DNA of 64,000 bases, from assembly GCA_948907985.1 (NCBI GenBank), contig CAQWMM010000003.1, positions 7,173-71,172 of the forward strand, read 5' to 3'. Both the position numbers and the translations under genes were made by a program. This document shows, one piece after another, positions 45,745 to 54,859 of the stretch (its first letter is position 1; every line of letters starts with the position of its first letter). The notes under the pieces are model-generated. The model did no database searches. It saw nothing but the letters and a program-made list of their open reading frames with translations, and was not told the DNA's origin. This DNA is from an uncultured Bacillota bacterium (lineage in GTDB: Bacteria > Bacillota > Dehalobacteriia > UBA4068 > UBA4997).

Positions 45745-46573
45745 ATTATGGCAAAGGTATGGTCTGGCCGTTGGCCTGTGGCTTTTGTTTGAAGGCGTGG
45801 CTGTCGGCCTTTGGCTGGCGCTGGATAACAGTTTTTATTTGTTTAATTTTTCCTATATCGGCACGGCGCTGGCGTTTGGCGTGGCGCTGTTCAGTCAAAA
45901 GCGGCCATATGCGCGCAATGTGGTGCAGTTTGCCATTGGCTTGTATATGCTGGTTTATATTGGCCTGCTTGGCCGGGAGAATATGCAGATTGAGGGCTTT
46001 TGGTATTATTTGTTTTTGGGTGTGTTTGAAGCCGCCACCATTCATTATGCCGTTGCCAAAATCTTTGGGCCGCTGGTTTTTGGCCGGGGCTGGTGCGGCT
46101 ATGCCTGCTGGACGGCGATGGTCTTAGATTTGCTGCCTTTTAAAACGCCGCAGTTGCCGCGTAAGAGCTGGGGCTGGGTGCGGTATCTGGTTTTTGTTGC
46201 CTCGCTGCTTTTTGTAGCTACGCTTTTTTGGTTGCGGGTTGACAATCTGGTGGAGATTATGTGGTGGAGCTTTATTATCGGCAATCTGCTTTATTATCTG
46301 GTGGGGATCGCGCTGGCCTATCTTTGCCGGGATAACCGGGCTTTTTGCAAATACATCTGTCCGATTACTGTATTTTTGAAACCGATGAGTTATTTTGCGC
46401 TGCTGCGGGTTAAACTGGATGAAGAAAAGTGCGTTGCCTGCGGCAAATGCCGGCGGCTTTGCCCGATGAACGTTGATGTGCCGAACAACTCCCGGCGCAG
46501 GCTAAACGCCACCGAATGTATTTTGTGTATGCGCTGTGTCGATAGCTGCCCGCAAAAAGCTTTAAAATTATAA
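45737..46573 (+). CDS. Polytopic membrane protein with a C-terminal 2x[4Fe-4S] ferredoxin domain (NapH/MauN-like).
   Basis: CVACGKCRRLCP and CILCMRCVDSCP motifs after multiple transmembrane segments. Confidence 0.6.
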   Translation: MSKLWQRYGLAVGLWLLFEGVAVGLWLALDNSFYLFNFSYIGTALAFGVALFSQKRPYARNVVQFAIGLYMLVYIGLLGRENMQIEGFWYYLFLGVFEAATIHYAVAKIFGPLVFGRGWCGYACWTAMVLDLLPFKTPQLPRKSWGWVRYLVFVASLLFVATLFWLRVDNLVEIMWWSFIIGNLLYYLVGIALAYLCRDNRAFCKYICPITVFLKPMSYFALLRVKLDEEKCVACGKCRRLCPMNVDVPNNSRRRLNATECILCMRCVDSCPQKALKL

Positions 46574-46602
46574 AAAGACGCCGAAAGTGGCGTCTTTTTA
46601 TA
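46571..46602. terminator. Bidirectional intrinsic terminator.
   Basis: aaagacgcc-gaaagt-ggcgtcttt with flanking A- and T-runs. Confidence 0.7.
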
Positions 46603-46615
46603 ATGGGCGTATTGT

Positions 46616-47953
46616 TTAGGGTAAGCGGCGTTGCAGACGATGCAGGCAGAACAGCGAGAAAATCAGCGTCAGCCCCTCGGCGGCGGGGATAGCCAGCCAA
46701 ACGCCGGTTTGCTGCCAAATCTGCGGCAAGATGAGAATGGCCGGAGTTAAAAAGCCAAAGGTACGCAGAAAAGAGAGCAGGGCGGAGGTTTGGCCGTCGG
46801 ATAGGGCGGTGAACAGGGCCGAGCTGAAAATGTTAAGCCCGCCAAACAAAAAACTGACAGCGAAGATTTGGAAACCGCCGGCGGCCAGCTGAAAAACCTC
46901 GCCCTGCGGCCCGGCGAAGATCCGCACCAAAATTTGTCCACCGCCAAAGGCCAACAGAAAGTTCGCCAGCGAGGCGGCGGCGATAAACTCAAGACAGCAG
47001 CCGATAATCCGGCGCAGGCGGCCAAAATTGCGGCTGCCATAATTATAGCCGATGATGGGCGCAACGCCCATGCCAAAGCCAATATAAAGAGTATTGAACA
47101 AAAACTGGGCGTAGTTCATAATGGTGATGGCGGCCACGCCGTCATCACCGGCCAGGCGCTGCATGGTGTGATTAAAAAGCAGTACGCTGACGGCGGTAGC
47201 CAGCTGGCCAACCATTTCTGAACAGCCGTTCAGACAGCTTTCAGCAATAACGGCGGGCTGCCAGGCGCAGCGGCAGAGGTGGAGATTTTCCTGCCGGCGC
47301 AGGCCGAAAAAGAGCAGACCGGCCAGCGAGGGCAGCAGATAGCCGCAGCCGGTGCCCCAGGCGGCCCCGGCAACGCCCATTTGCATTTTGACGATAAAGA
47401 TGTAATCAAGCGCGATATTTAAAAGACCGGAGGCAACGGCCAACAGCGAACCAAGCCCCGGGTGGCCGGCGGTTACAAAAAGGTTAGCGAAAATGGTTTG
47501 CAGCAGATAGGCGGGGAAGAAGAGCAGCAAAATGCGCAGATATGGCCGGGCGTAGCGGGCAATGCCGGCGCTGGCTCCCAGAAATTGCAGCAGCGGCTCC
47601 AGATAAAGCGAACCGAGCAGCGCCAAAATCAGGCCGAGCAGCGCGCCGGTGAAGATAATCAGGCTGAAGCTGTGGCAGGCCTGCCTGGGCCGTCCCTCGC
47701 CCAGTTGGCGCGAAATAACGGCGTTGCCGCCGGTGGCCAGCATGGTTCCCAGCCCCACCACCAGACTGATTAGCGGCGTAACGATGTTAACGGCTGCCAG
47801 AGCGTCGGTGTTGACAAAGTGGGCCACAAAAAGGGTGTCTACAACGGTGTATAAGCCCAAAAACAGCATCATCAGCAGGGTGGGCAGGGCAAAAAGCAAA
47901 AGCTGGCGGCGGTTAAAATCCTGCCCAAGAATAGTTTCCGAGTTTTCAGGCAT
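46616..47953 (-). CDS. MATE-family efflux transporter.
   Basis: A 12-transmembrane MATE topology, 445 aa. Confidence 0.8.
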   Translation of the reverse strand: MPENSETILGQDFNRRQLLLFALPTLLMMLFLGLYTVVDTLFVAHFVNTDALAAVNIVTPLISLVVGLGTMLATGGNAVISRQLGEGRPRQACHSFSLIIFTGALLGLILALLGSLYLEPLLQFLGASAGIARYARPYLRILLLFFPAYLLQTIFANLFVTAGHPGLGSLLAVASGLLNIALDYIFIVKMQMGVAGAAWGTGCGYLLPSLAGLLFFGLRRQENLHLCRCAWQPAVIAESCLNGCSEMVGQLATAVSVLLFNHTMQRLAGDDGVAAITIMNYAQFLFNTLYIGFGMGVAPIIGYNYGSRNFGRLRRIIGCCLEFIAAASLANFLLAFGGGQILVRIFAGPQGEVFQLAAGGFQIFAVSFLFGGLNIFSSALFTALSDGQTSALLSFLRTFGFLTPAILILPQIWQQTGVWLAIPAAEGLTLIFSLFCLHRLQRRLP

Positions 47954-48833
47954 GGCTGATCACCCGCCTTGGATTGGGCAGCACAAAACGCTGGGTGGGG
48001 TAGCCAAATTCATACAGCAGATCGGCAGGCTGAAAGCCCAGACGTTGCAGAACCTCTCGCTGTCCGCTGTCCGCCGGATCACCGGCGCGGAAAGTGGTGG
48101 TATAAACAGGCCGTCCGGGCAGCAAATCCCTCTGCAGGCAGTGCAGCATTTGTTTGGCCGCTCCACGGCGGCGGCGCTGCGGGCAAACCGCCAGAAAGTC
48201 CAGCGCGCCAGATTCGGCGGAAAAGGCCAGCGCGCCGGTCAGACCGTTATTACCGGCTAAAATGCAGGCCTGTCCCCGGGCAATGTGTCGCTGTAAATGG
48301 CGGCAGTATGCAGCCTGCCGCCAGTGCGGGTAACCGGCTACCGATTGGCGCGCCAGTTGCAGCCAGGCGGCAATGTTTTGCGGCCCGGCCGGGCGGATTA
48401 GCATACGGGCGGTTGGTTCTTCGGTTGGCTGCTGGATAGCCAGCGGCAGCTGTAGGGGATAAAATTGCCGCCTGGCGCGGAATTTGGCTGGCGGCAATTT
48501 GTACATAGCTTTAAATGCCTGGCTGAAAGCCTGTTGGCTGGTATAGCCGCTATTCAGGGCAATCTCGGCCAGCGGCAGCGGGCTGAAGACTAAACGCCGG
48601 GCGGCTTCGGTAAGCTGGCGGCGGCGTATGTAGCTGTGCAGCGGTTGGGCGGCGATTTGGCTGAATATGCGGTGCAGATGAAACGGCGAATAGCCCAGCG
48701 TGTTGGCCAGCGCGTTCAGGTTTAGGAGTTCCGCGTCCGCGCCGTCTGCAATCAGTCTTTCAATATGGTTAACGGTTTGGGCGGTAAGCCTGGCTGCCTG
48801 ATTAGACATTGATTCAAGCATTAGTTCAAACAT
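47946..48833 (-). CDS. AraC-family regulator with an N-terminal HTH and a C-terminal GNAT-like domain.
   Basis: A double HTH_AraC (LGYSPFHLHRIF…SQQAFSQAFK) followed by an acetyltransferase-fold motif (LAVCPQRRRRGAAKQML). Confidence 0.65.
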   Translation of the reverse strand: MFELMLESMSNQAARLTAQTVNHIERLIADGADAELLNLNALANTLGYSPFHLHRIFSQIAAQPLHSYIRRRQLTEAARRLVFSPLPLAEIALNSGYTSQQAFSQAFKAMYKLPPAKFRARRQFYPLQLPLAIQQPTEEPTARMLIRPAGPQNIAAWLQLARQSVAGYPHWRQAAYCRHLQRHIARGQACILAGNNGLTGALAFSAESGALDFLAVCPQRRRRGAAKQMLHCLQRDLLPGRPVYTTTFRAGDPADSGQREVLQRLGFQPADLLYEFGYPTQRFVLPNPRRVISHA

Positions 48834-48897
48834 TGGTTAAACCTCCTTTTGTCTAATTATAGCAGGCGGTCAGGGTAATGTCTTAATAATTCTTGCT

Positions 48898-49785
48898 TTA
48901 TTCAGTCAGTTTCTTTATTTCATCGGCCAGGCGGGCAAAATCATTCAGCGTAAGGGTTTCGGCGCGGCGGCTCGGTTCGATTTGGGCGGCGGCCAGGGCG
49001 GCCATAATCCGCGGTTTATCTAAAAAGGCGGCGCTTAGAGAATTAGCCAGCGTTTTGCGCCGTTGATTAAAGCCGGCGCGAATCAGCTTGAAAAACAATT
49101 CTTCATCCTGCGGCTGCACCGGCGGAGCCTCCAGACGCTCCAGCACGATTACGGCGCTGGCCACCTTGGGGCGGGGCACAAAAACGCTGGGCGGTACGCT
49201 GAAAGCCAGCCGCGCCTGCGCCCGATACTGCACCGCCAGCGAGAGCGCGCCATAATCCTTGCTGCCGGGGGCGGCCTGCATGCGCTCGGCCAACTCTTTT
49301 TGCACCATAAACACCAGCCGCCGCCAGGGGAGCGCGGGTTGTTCCAAAAAGCGCAGCAGCAGCGGCGTAGTGATGTAGTAGGGCAGGTTGGCGACGGCCA
49401 AAAAGCCGGGGCGCAGATTGCCGGCGCGGTGTTCGGCTAAAAGCTGCTGTAAATCTGTTTGCAGCGCGTCGGCATGCAGCAGCAGCAGATTGGGGCAATC
49501 GGCCAGACTTTGCCGCAGGGCCGGCAGCAGGCTTTGGTCAATCTCCAGTGCGATAACCTGCCCGGCAGCGGCGCAGAGCGCCTGCGTCAGGCTGCCCAGC
49601 CCCGGGCCGATTTCCAGCACCAGATCCTGCGCGTCGCAGCCGGCGGCGGCCACGATATTGGCGATGACCTGCGGTTCAATAATAAAATTCTGGCCCAAAC
49701 TTTTCTTGGCGCTGATCTGGTGGGCTTGCATAAGCGAACGGGTAACGCTGGGGGTGGCAATTTTTTTTGACGTATTATTTGACAT
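48898..49785 (-). CDS. rsmA: 16S rRNA (adenine1518/1519-N6)-dimethyltransferase.
   Basis: LGQNFI…LEIGPGLGSLT SAM-binding motifs. Confidence 0.85.
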   Translation of the reverse strand: MSNNTSKKIATPSVTRSLMQAHQISAKKSLGQNFIIEPQVIANIVAAAGCDAQDLVLEIGPGLGSLTQALCAAAGQVIALEIDQSLLPALRQSLADCPNLLLLHADALQTDLQQLLAEHRAGNLRPGFLAVANLPYYITTPLLLRFLEQPALPWRRLVFMVQKELAERMQAAPGSKDYGALSLAVQYRAQARLAFSVPPSVFVPRPKVASAVIVLERLEAPPVQPQDEELFFKLIRAGFNQRRKTLANSLSAAFLDKPRIMAALAAAQIEPSRRAETLTLNDFARLADEIKKLTE

Positions 49786-49790
49786 AATGA

Positions 49791-50759
49791 TTAAACGGTT
49801 TGCGTGCCGCAGTCCGGGCAGAATTTGGAGGACACCATTTTCCGGCAATGCGGGCAAAAGCGGTCGCCGGCCGGCGCTGCCGCCGGTTGTTGCTGGGGCT
49901 GGGGATTGTTGTTAAAGGCGTTGTTCATTTGCTGGGCCATTTGCGCGCCCACCGCAAATTGTGCGGCCAGTCCGGCCACATTGCCGCCTTGGCTGTTGGC
50001 CATGCCGTCGGCCGCGTTAATCGCCGCATAACGGCCAACGTCACCCACAAAGGCCTGCGCGGCCACGCGCTCGGCCATGCGCTGAACCTCCGGCGGATAA
50101 TTAATGCCGACGATGTTAAAATCGCGTACGCCAAAACCAATATCCAGCAGTTCTTTGTCTAACTCCTGCTGAATACGCCGGGCTAGCGAGCGGTTGTTTT
50201 GTTGCAGGCTGAACAGCACGTTCACGCCCACCTGGGTTTGGCCGTTCAGGATGGACTCGGTCAAAACCGGGTTCAGCTCGCCCATAATCCGGTCGGATAT
50301 ATCGCCCAGCGAATAGGTTTGTTTAACGCCGGCAATCCGTTCAATAAATTTCAGATAGTCCTTAAATTCGATAACCAGAGTGCCGTTCATGCCCACCGGC
50401 ACGCCGCCGGGAGCCGCGTCGGTGGGGATCATAATCCGCTGGCGCGTGCCCCACTTCAACAGCAGTTCTTTGGCGTTGACGAAATATACTTCGGCGCGCA
50501 GGCCGGTATCACTGCGTAGCTGCAAAATTCCTTGCAGACTGGATAAAAAAGGCACAATCTCGCTGTATATGTCATAAGTTCCCGGCTCTTCAAAAACACC
50601 CTCCACGCGGCCATTAGCGTAAAAGACGGCCTTTTGGCCGGGGCGGATAATCAGCTTGGAGCCTTTTTTCAGTTCGTTTTCTTTCCATTTATAAAATAAT
50701 AAATCCGGGCGGGTTTCCTGCCACTCGACGGTGGAGCGGCCCTGTCCAAAAAATCCCAT
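49791..50759 (-). CDS. SPFH/band-7-like protein with a C-terminal zinc ribbon (YdjI-like).
   Basis: A C-terminal CPHCRKMVSSKFCPDCG motif. Operon position matches B. subtilis pspA-ydjGHI. Confidence 0.6.
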   Translation of the reverse strand: MGFFGQGRSTVEWQETRPDLLFYKWKENELKKGSKLIIRPGQKAVFYANGRVEGVFEEPGTYDIYSEIVPFLSSLQGILQLRSDTGLRAEVYFVNAKELLLKWGTRQRIMIPTDAAPGGVPVGMNGTLVIEFKDYLKFIERIAGVKQTYSLGDISDRIMGELNPVLTESILNGQTQVGVNVLFSLQQNNRSLARRIQQELDKELLDIGFGVRDFNIVGINYPPEVQRMAERVAAQAFVGDVGRYAAINAADGMANSQGGNVAGLAAQFAVGAQMAQQMNNAFNNNPQPQQQPAAAPAGDRFCPHCRKMVSSKFCPDCGTQTV

Positions 50760-50777
50760 TGAGAGCGCCTCCTGTTA

Positions 50778-51959
50778 TTATGTTTGGATTAGATACTTGG
50801 TTGCTTCGATAAGCGGTGCGGCGGTATCAGCCGGGCCGAGCAGGCCGGCTGTTTGGTTGAGCGCGGCCGGGAGTTCGGCGGCGTAGCTTTCGCCACTGAA
50901 GAGCAGAATAATCAGGGCGCAGATCAACAGCGCCAGCAACACCGCCGCGCCAATTTTGACGGCGGAATAGGGGCGTTCGCCGCTGACCTTGCCGGTTTCG
51001 CCGTTGATGGCATAATGCCAGCTTTTGCCGCCCTGGGTGAACGCGGCCAGCCAAACCGGCAGCAGCACCTGTTTGTAAGTAACGTTGGCGTAGCTGGGGT
51101 TCAAGCGGGTAATTGAGGCCTGTTGAAAGCCGCGCCCCAGAATTTGGCTGGTGGCGGCGGCGTGCAGTTCGGCCTCCATTTGCTGTTGCGCCTGGCGGTA
51201 GCCGTCATCTAAGGGCAGAGCGTAATGTTCGGCCTGCGCGCCGGCCAGATAGGCCACGTCGTAAGGCTTGCAGCCGCGGCTGGTGCCAAAGGGCTGGATT
51301 TCGCCGGCCAGCTGCCGCTGGCTGTTGGCCGAGGCGCAGATTTGAATATCGTCAAAGCTTTGCCGCACCGTGCCGCTGACGGGATACCAGTCAATGGTGG
51401 TGCGGGTTTGCTTACCCTGGCGGATATGGCGTACCCGGCCGCCGCGCCCCTGATAATTGGCCTGCGCCTGGGCGTCGAAAGTCCAGTAGGGCAGATAGAC
51501 CGGCGTCAACTTGCCCTCCTGATAGGATTTCTTCAAACTGTTGGGGGCGAACCAGCGGCTGCGTACCCACTTGCGGAAAGCCTCCTGCGCCTGATACTGG
51601 TCCACCTTAAAAGGAATAATGCCGTCCGGGGGTATGCCCTCGGCCTGGCGGGCGGCGTTGATGTGCGCCGAGCCGCACATTGGGCAGCAGGTGGCGGTTT
51701 GGTGGGCGCTGAACATCACCTGCGCGCCGCAGTTCTGGCAGGATATTTCCATAGTTTCGGCCTGGGCAACCCGATGGCTGGCGTTTACGGCCTGGGCGGC
51801 GTAGGGGTGTTCTGTGGGGGGCGTGCTGTTCAGCGGAAAGGGCGCGGGGGTTCCGCAGCTTGCGCAAACCAGCTGCTGCCTGCTTATATCATAGCGTATG
51901 CCGCCGCCGCAGTTGGCGCAGATATAACTGCGGGGCGGTTGATTGGCGTTTTCCGGCAT
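50778..51959 (-). CDS. Multi-zinc-ribbon membrane protein (YdjG/YdjH-like).
   Basis: CANCGG…CASCG, CQNCG…CPMCG and a C-terminal transmembrane segment. It starts 2 nt after the pspA stop. Confidence 0.5.
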   Translation of the reverse strand: MPENANQPPRSYICANCGGGIRYDISRQQLVCASCGTPAPFPLNSTPPTEHPYAAQAVNASHRVAQAETMEISCQNCGAQVMFSAHQTATCCPMCGSAHINAARQAEGIPPDGIIPFKVDQYQAQEAFRKWVRSRWFAPNSLKKSYQEGKLTPVYLPYWTFDAQAQANYQGRGGRVRHIRQGKQTRTTIDWYPVSGTVRQSFDDIQICASANSQRQLAGEIQPFGTSRGCKPYDVAYLAGAQAEHYALPLDDGYRQAQQQMEAELHAAATSQILGRGFQQASITRLNPSYANVTYKQVLLPVWLAAFTQGGKSWHYAINGETGKVSGERPYSAVKIGAAVLLALLICALIILLFSGESYAAELPAALNQTAGLLGPADTAAPLIEATKYLIQT

Positions 51960-51961
51960 GG

Positions 51962-52663
51962 CTAGTTATTCATCATGGCTTTCAGCTTGGCCAATTCGTC
52001 GTCAACCGAGTTGGCGCCGCCCGCGCCGCCGCCGGCATATTTGCGTTCCAGCTCGCGACGTTCCGCCTCCGGGTCCAGATCCTGATTAAGCTGGGCCTGT
52101 GCGTCGATGGTGTCGATTCGCTTCTGCACCGCGTCAAAAAGGCCGTCCATATTGTTCAGGCTGCTGCCGGCCCCGCCAAGGCGCTGGTTAAGCTGCTGCA
52201 TTTTTTCCTGGCTTTGCGCCATACTCATTTTGGCTTTCAGTTCGGCCATTTTGCTGCCGGCGGCGTTAATTTCCTCGGTCAGTTTTTGGCTCATCAGGCG
52301 CATTTTCTCCGAGTTCTCCTTGGCGGCGGCATAGCTGGCCTGCAAATTCGCCAATTTGGCGGTTTCCTGCTGTTTATAGGTCAAAAATTTGCGGGCGTCG
52401 TCGTCGTTGCCGGCGCGCACTGCGGCCTCGGCATATTGGCCGTATTTGGCTATATCCGCCTCGCAGTCGGCCAGCTTGCGCCCCTGGGCCATTTCTTCGG
52501 CGATTACCGCCGCGGTTTCGCTTTTCAGCTGCTCCAAATCGCGTCTGGCGTCGGCGATGTATTTTTCCAGCAGTTTATCAGCGTTTTTGGCCTCGGCCTT
52601 GCTGAGTACAGAATTGATGTTGGCCGACATAATATCGGCAAAACGGGTAATGATATTTGCCAT
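51962..52663 (-). CDS. pspA: Phage-shock protein A / IM30 (ESCRT-III-like).
   Basis: A PspA_IM30 coiled-coil sequence. A promoter (TTGTAA, 17 bp spacer, TATAAT) lies at 52698-52726 on the minus strand. Confidence 0.8.
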   Translation of the reverse strand: MANIITRFADIMSANINSVLSKAEAKNADKLLEKYIADARRDLEQLKSETAAVIAEEMAQGRKLADCEADIAKYGQYAEAAVRAGNDDDARKFLTYKQQETAKLANLQASYAAAKENSEKMRLMSQKLTEEINAAGSKMAELKAKMSMAQSQEKMQQLNQRLGGAGSSLNNMDGLFDAVQKRIDTIDAQAQLNQDLDPEAERRELERKYAGGGAGGANSVDDELAKLKAMMNN

Positions 52664-52746
52664 AGTTTGGTTCCTCCATATTTATAATATATTTATAATT
52701 ATAAAATATTTTGCCAGTGATTACAATATTTTTTAGCAAAATTGGT

Positions 52747-52775
52747 TTGCTAATTAACGATAAATCTGTTATAAT
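52747..52775 (+). promoter_or_regulatory. yfbR promoter (TTGCTA, 17 bp spacer, TATAAT).
   Basis: A consensus -10 with a good -35 in the AT-rich divergent region. Confidence 0.5.
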
Positions 52776-52814
52776 AAAGGGCATAAAAAATTTTTTCAGA
52801 TTTATGGAGCGGCT

Positions 52815-53393
52815 ATGTTTCATTTTTTTGCTTATATCAGCAGATTGCGCCTGATTAAACGCTGGGGGTTGATGCGCAACACCTACGAGGAGAACACCCA
52901 GGAACACAGCTGGCAGGTGGCGGTGGTGGCGCACGCCCTGGCGGTGATCAAAAACCGGCTTTTCGGCGGCCAGCTGGACGAGGGGCGGGTGGCTTTGCTG
53001 GCGCTTTATCATGACGTGAGCGAAACGGTTACCGGTGATCTGCCCACGCCGGTTAAGTATGCCAACGGCGAGATTGAACGGGTGTTCCATGCGCTGGAGG
53101 AGGCGGCGGTTGACGAACTGGCCCGCAAGCTGCCGGCAGAGCTGCAAGGGGACTTTCGGCAGGTTTTGCTGCCCCAGCCCTCGCCGGAAGAGGAGTTGGT
53201 GCATATTGCCGATAAGCTTTGCGCCTATTTGAAATGCGCGGAAGAGCTTAATTGCGGTAACCGCGAGTTTGAGGTGGCCTATACGGCGACGGCGGAGAAA
53301 ATGAAAAAATACGCCGACCTTCCGGAGGTGGCGTATTTTATGGAAAATTTTGTGCCTTCGTTTTCGCTGACTTTGGATGAACTGAAAAAATAA
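52815..53393 (+). CDS. yfbR: HD-domain 5'-deoxynucleotidase (YfbR-like).
   Basis: H…HD…D HD motif (ALYHDVSETVTGD). Confidence 0.75.
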   Translation: MFHFFAYISRLRLIKRWGLMRNTYEENTQEHSWQVAVVAHALAVIKNRLFGGQLDEGRVALLALYHDVSETVTGDLPTPVKYANGEIERVFHALEEAAVDELARKLPAELQGDFRQVLLPQPSPEEELVHIADKLCAYLKCAEELNCGNREFEVAYTATAEKMKKYADLPEVAYFMENFVPSFSLTLDELKK

Positions 53394-53395
53394 GC

Positions 53396-53866
53396 CTAAG
53401 CCACCTGTTCCTGCTCCAAATCCTCCAGGAAGTTGATCAGCCGGTCAATATTGGTGGCGTAGATTGAGCGCAGCCCCAGAGAATAGCGGTCCAGATAAGC
53501 CTGGGCCTGGGCGATAATCTGTTTTTCGTTCTTTTGAATAATTTTGTCCGCCCTTTGCAGGCCGGGGTTGTTATCTATGTAAAATTTTTGGATATATTTT
53601 TTGCGAATGGGGAACATTTTGCAGTAATGCAGGCCGTGGCGGTGCCTTGGCCGGGTGGTGTGGCGGGGCGGCAAAGCGAAGTAATTGTCTTTTTGCTCGG
53701 CTGGCGGGATGTTGGAGCGAAACGGCACCGCAAAATCCTGCCGGCGGCCGTTATAGCGCAGCCTTAAAACCAGCAGACAAGGACGCCCCTGTTTATTCAT
53801 CAGCATTTCCGGATCAATCTGGCACATGGTATCGGCCAGGTTTTTGTCAATGGAAATTATCCTCAT
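53396..53866 (-). CDS. Hypothetical protein with ToxN/AbiQ-like (type III toxin) features, 156 aa. Low confidence.
   Basis: Weak motif resemblance (…DFAVPFRSNIP…GLHYCKMFPI…). AAGGAGA RBS. It is preceded by a leader hairpin plus U-run and a consensus promoter. Confidence 0.3.
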   Translation of the reverse strand: MRIISIDKNLADTMCQIDPEMLMNKQGRPCLLVLRLRYNGRRQDFAVPFRSNIPPAEQKDNYFALPPRHTTRPRHRHGLHYCKMFPIRKKYIQKFYIDNNPGLQRADKIIQKNEKQIIAQAQAYLDRYSLGLRSIYATNIDRLINFLEDLEQEQVA

Positions 53867-53910
53867 CGCGGTTTCTCCTTGCCAATCGAGCCTAAAATAG
53901 TGTAACCATT

Positions 53911-53952
53911 GAAAAACCCTCCCAGGCAATCGAAGATAATCGAGCCAGGAGG
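53911..53952 (-). terminator. Leader terminator/attenuator hairpin (ccctcc…ggaggg plus UUUUU), ~45 nt upstream of the ToxN-like ORF.
   Basis: A 6 bp GC stem with a 25 nt loop followed by TTTTT on the minus strand, located between the promoter and the RBS. Confidence 0.4.
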
Positions 53953-54084
53953 GATCCATCATACACATGAACGATATTCTACATTTTTACTACCCCGTCG
54001 TTCTCGGAGGTAAAACATACATGCAAAGCCTTGTGTGGCCTTATTGTATGCAGAAATTCTTAACTTTATCCCTGCACCATAATT

Positions 54085-54113
54085 ATTATAAGCAAAAAAG
54101 CGCTGTTTGTCAA
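54085..54113 (-). promoter_or_regulatory. Perfect-consensus SigA promoter (TTGACA, 17 bp spacer, TATAAT) driving the leader plus ToxN-like ORF.
   Basis: tgtcaa and attata on the plus strand with a 17 bp spacer. Confidence 0.6.
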
Positions 54114-54160
54114 GTCTTTTTACCAATAAAATTTCTTTAATTTGCTGTTAATTTTTGTCA

Positions 54161-54742
54161 TCAACTTTGCGGCGCCGGTGCGGCTTCCTCCGGCCCAATC
54201 AGGTTGGCGCGGCCACTTTCGTCAAGTTTAAGGCTAAGGCCGAAAGCGGCGGTGAAAAAATCCTCCGGCAGGTATAATTCGTCCTGATAAAAACGGCCAG
54301 GCGCGGAGAGGCTAAGCAGTTGGCCGACATTTTCCGCCACCAGCCAAACGCCCAGACTGGCCGGCTGCTGCTCCTGCCCGTACCAGCAGATCACCGCGGC
54401 CTGGGGCGTTTGGGCGGCGGTCTGGTTTAACAGCAGCATGGAGCCGCAGGCGGCTGGCGCGGTTTGTTTTTTGTCTTCGTCTTTGAGCTGTGTTTGCTGG
54501 CAGAGCCAACCGTTTTGCTGGGCGATGGCGCGCACCGGCAGCAACACCTGGCCGTCTTCGCTGATGATGGCGGCGGGTTGGATTTCCTGCCCGTTTTGAT
54601 AAATGGGCAGCAGAAAAGAAAGGTCGCTTTGCTGCCGGCTGTTCAGCCAGTGCCAGCCGGCGGCCAGCAGCAGCGCCAGGCAAAGCAGGGTTATAATCTG
54701 CTTAAATAGGTTTTGTCTTTTAAAGTTTGTATTAAAGTTCAT
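54161..54742 (-). CDS. Hypothetical membrane-anchored/secreted protein, 193 aa.
   Basis: An N-terminal transmembrane/signal segment. Q/A-rich. Confidence 0.4.
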   Translation of the reverse strand: MNFNTNFKRQNLFKQIITLLCLALLLAAGWHWLNSRQQSDLSFLLPIYQNGQEIQPAAIISEDGQVLLPVRAIAQQNGWLCQQTQLKDEDKKQTAPAACGSMLLLNQTAAQTPQAAVICWYGQEQQPASLGVWLVAENVGQLLSLSAPGRFYQDELYLPEDFFTAAFGLSLKLDESGRANLIGPEEAAPAPQS

Positions 54743-54859
54743 TTCGGCTCCTTTCTGCGGCTTGCGTTCTGTGATTTTATATGCTATAATAATATAAATA
54801 TAAAGTTAAAAAACTATATGCGGCCTTCAGACCGTTTATTATCTGCAAGAGGATGTTTT

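Noticed and set aside
53867-53968. The longer 190 aa version of the ToxN-like ORF, starting at 53968.
   Set aside because: It has no RBS, and it would read through a hairpin plus U-run. The internal ATG at 53866 has AAGGAGA at ideal spacing. The uncertainty is noted in the findings.
53867-54084. A ToxI-like tandem repeat RNA antitoxin array in the leader of the ToxN-like ORF.
   Set aside because: Only loose recurrence of short words (tgcat, atgt, aatcga) at irregular spacing. There are no 2 or more regular repeats of 30-45 nt.
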